64,000 bases of DNA from Macrostomum hystrix (taxonomy: Eukaryota > Animalia > Platyhelminthes), in the NCBI GenBank assembly GCA_950097015.1, contig CATNEN010000005.1:5208001-5272000 (forward strand). The letters are read 5' to 3'. Below, in pieces: positions 63,301-64,000 of the stretch. The notes under the pieces are model-generated. The model did no database searches. It saw only the letters and a program-made list of their open reading frames with translations, and was not told where the DNA came from. The translations under genes were made by a program, and so were the position numbers. How positions within the stretch are numbered: the first letter of the stretch is position 1; every line of letters begins with the position of its first letter.

Positions 63301-63995
63301 AAGGGAAGGAGAGAGGGAAGCAGAGAGTGAAGGAGAGAGGGAAGGAGAGAGGGAAGGAGAGAGGGAAAGAGAAAGGGAAGGAGAGAGGGAAGGAGAAAGG
63401 GAAGGAGAGAGGGAAGCAGAGAGTGAAGGAGAGAGGGAAGGAGAGAGGGAAGGAGAGAGGGAAGGAGAAAGGGAAGGAGAGAGGGAAGGAGAGAGTGAAG
63501 GAGAGAGGGAAGGAGAGAGGGAAGGAGAGAGGGAAGGAGAGAGGGAAGGAGAGAGGGAAAGAGAAAGGGAAGGAGAGAGGGAAGGAGAAAGGGAAGGAGA
63601 GAGGGAAGCAGAGAGTGAAGGAGAGAGGGAAGGAGAGAGGGAAGGAGAGAGGGAAGGAGAAAGGGAAGGAGAGAGGGAAGCAGAGAGTGAAGGAGAGAGG
63701 GAAGGAGAGAGGGAAGGAGAGAGGGAAGGAGAGAGTGAAGGAGAGAGGGAAGGAGAGAGCGAAGGAGAGAGGGTGTGTGAGTAAAAGGGTTTTAAATATA
63801 AGATAATTTAGAAATGTAAATTAATCGATTGAGGATGGTTCTAACAGGTACGAATAATATTACAATTTAAAGAGACGAAAATCAAATAGAAAAAGAAGTT
63901 AGTGTTTAACTTACAATAGGCAGTTGAATGTCGGCCACATCCCAAGCTGTTTCCACCCGGTCACTAAGATGTGCTATCGGATCTCCGAGTGTCAT
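60318..63995 (-). CDS. gcm: Glial cells missing (GCM) transcription factor, 3 exons, about 373 aa
   Basis: Exon 63995-63915 encodes MTLG...[10 protein letters not shown], matching the GCM WDIND.LP motif. Exon 62161 (or 62155)-61882 encodes [32 protein letters not shown] and [10 protein letters not shown]. Exon 61078-60318 encodes [23 protein letters not shown] and a polyQ/polyA tail. Phases are 0 and 1. Confidence 0.95.
61190..61790. repeat. Pyrimidine-rich about 19-bp minisatellite (CTCTACCTCTCTCCCTCCA)n in GCM intron 2
   Basis: Nearly pure C/T on the + strand. Confidence 0.92.
62205..63775. repeat. Purine-rich 12-bp minisatellite (GGAAGGAGAGAG)n in GCM intron 1
   Basis: Nearly pure G/A on the + strand; accounts for the ERE/KER ORFs. 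Confidence 0.96.
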
Positions 63996-64000
63996 TTTGA

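Noticed and set aside
62202-63806. ERE/KER charged repeat proteins
   Set aside because: Purine-only intronic repeat on the strand opposite GCM.

Overview
Eukaryotic (metazoan) genomic DNA with short GT-AG introns and GC-rich exons. The minisatellite load and gene content suggest a flatworm such as Macrostomum; this is inference, not demonstrated. Spliced gene models could be assembled by hand with consistent intron phases for: a neuropeptide-Y/F-like class A GPCR (-), an orphan secreted protein (-), a tandem pair of permuted papain-like (PPPDE/LRAT-PLAAT-type) genes (+; the second has an in-frame TAG), Ctf8 (-) followed 60 nt later by a Met-less acidic/CCCH zinc-finger ORF, a small Cys-rich secreted protein (+), histidine ammonia-lyase (+, 10 exons), a 13-exon ependymin/LolA-like type I membrane protein with two alternative transmembrane last exons (-), and a glial cells missing (GCM) transcription factor (-). 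Roughly a quarter of the window is about 20 unrelated minisatellite arrays (12-40 bp units), mostly intronic. Some arrays sit inside MITE-like transposons and some show higher-order periods. Also present are two tRNA-derived SINE families, non-LTR reverse transcriptase fragments and Tc1/mariner derivatives. There is no CRISPR array, rRNA or functional tRNA. All coordinates were read by eye and may be off by a few bases.
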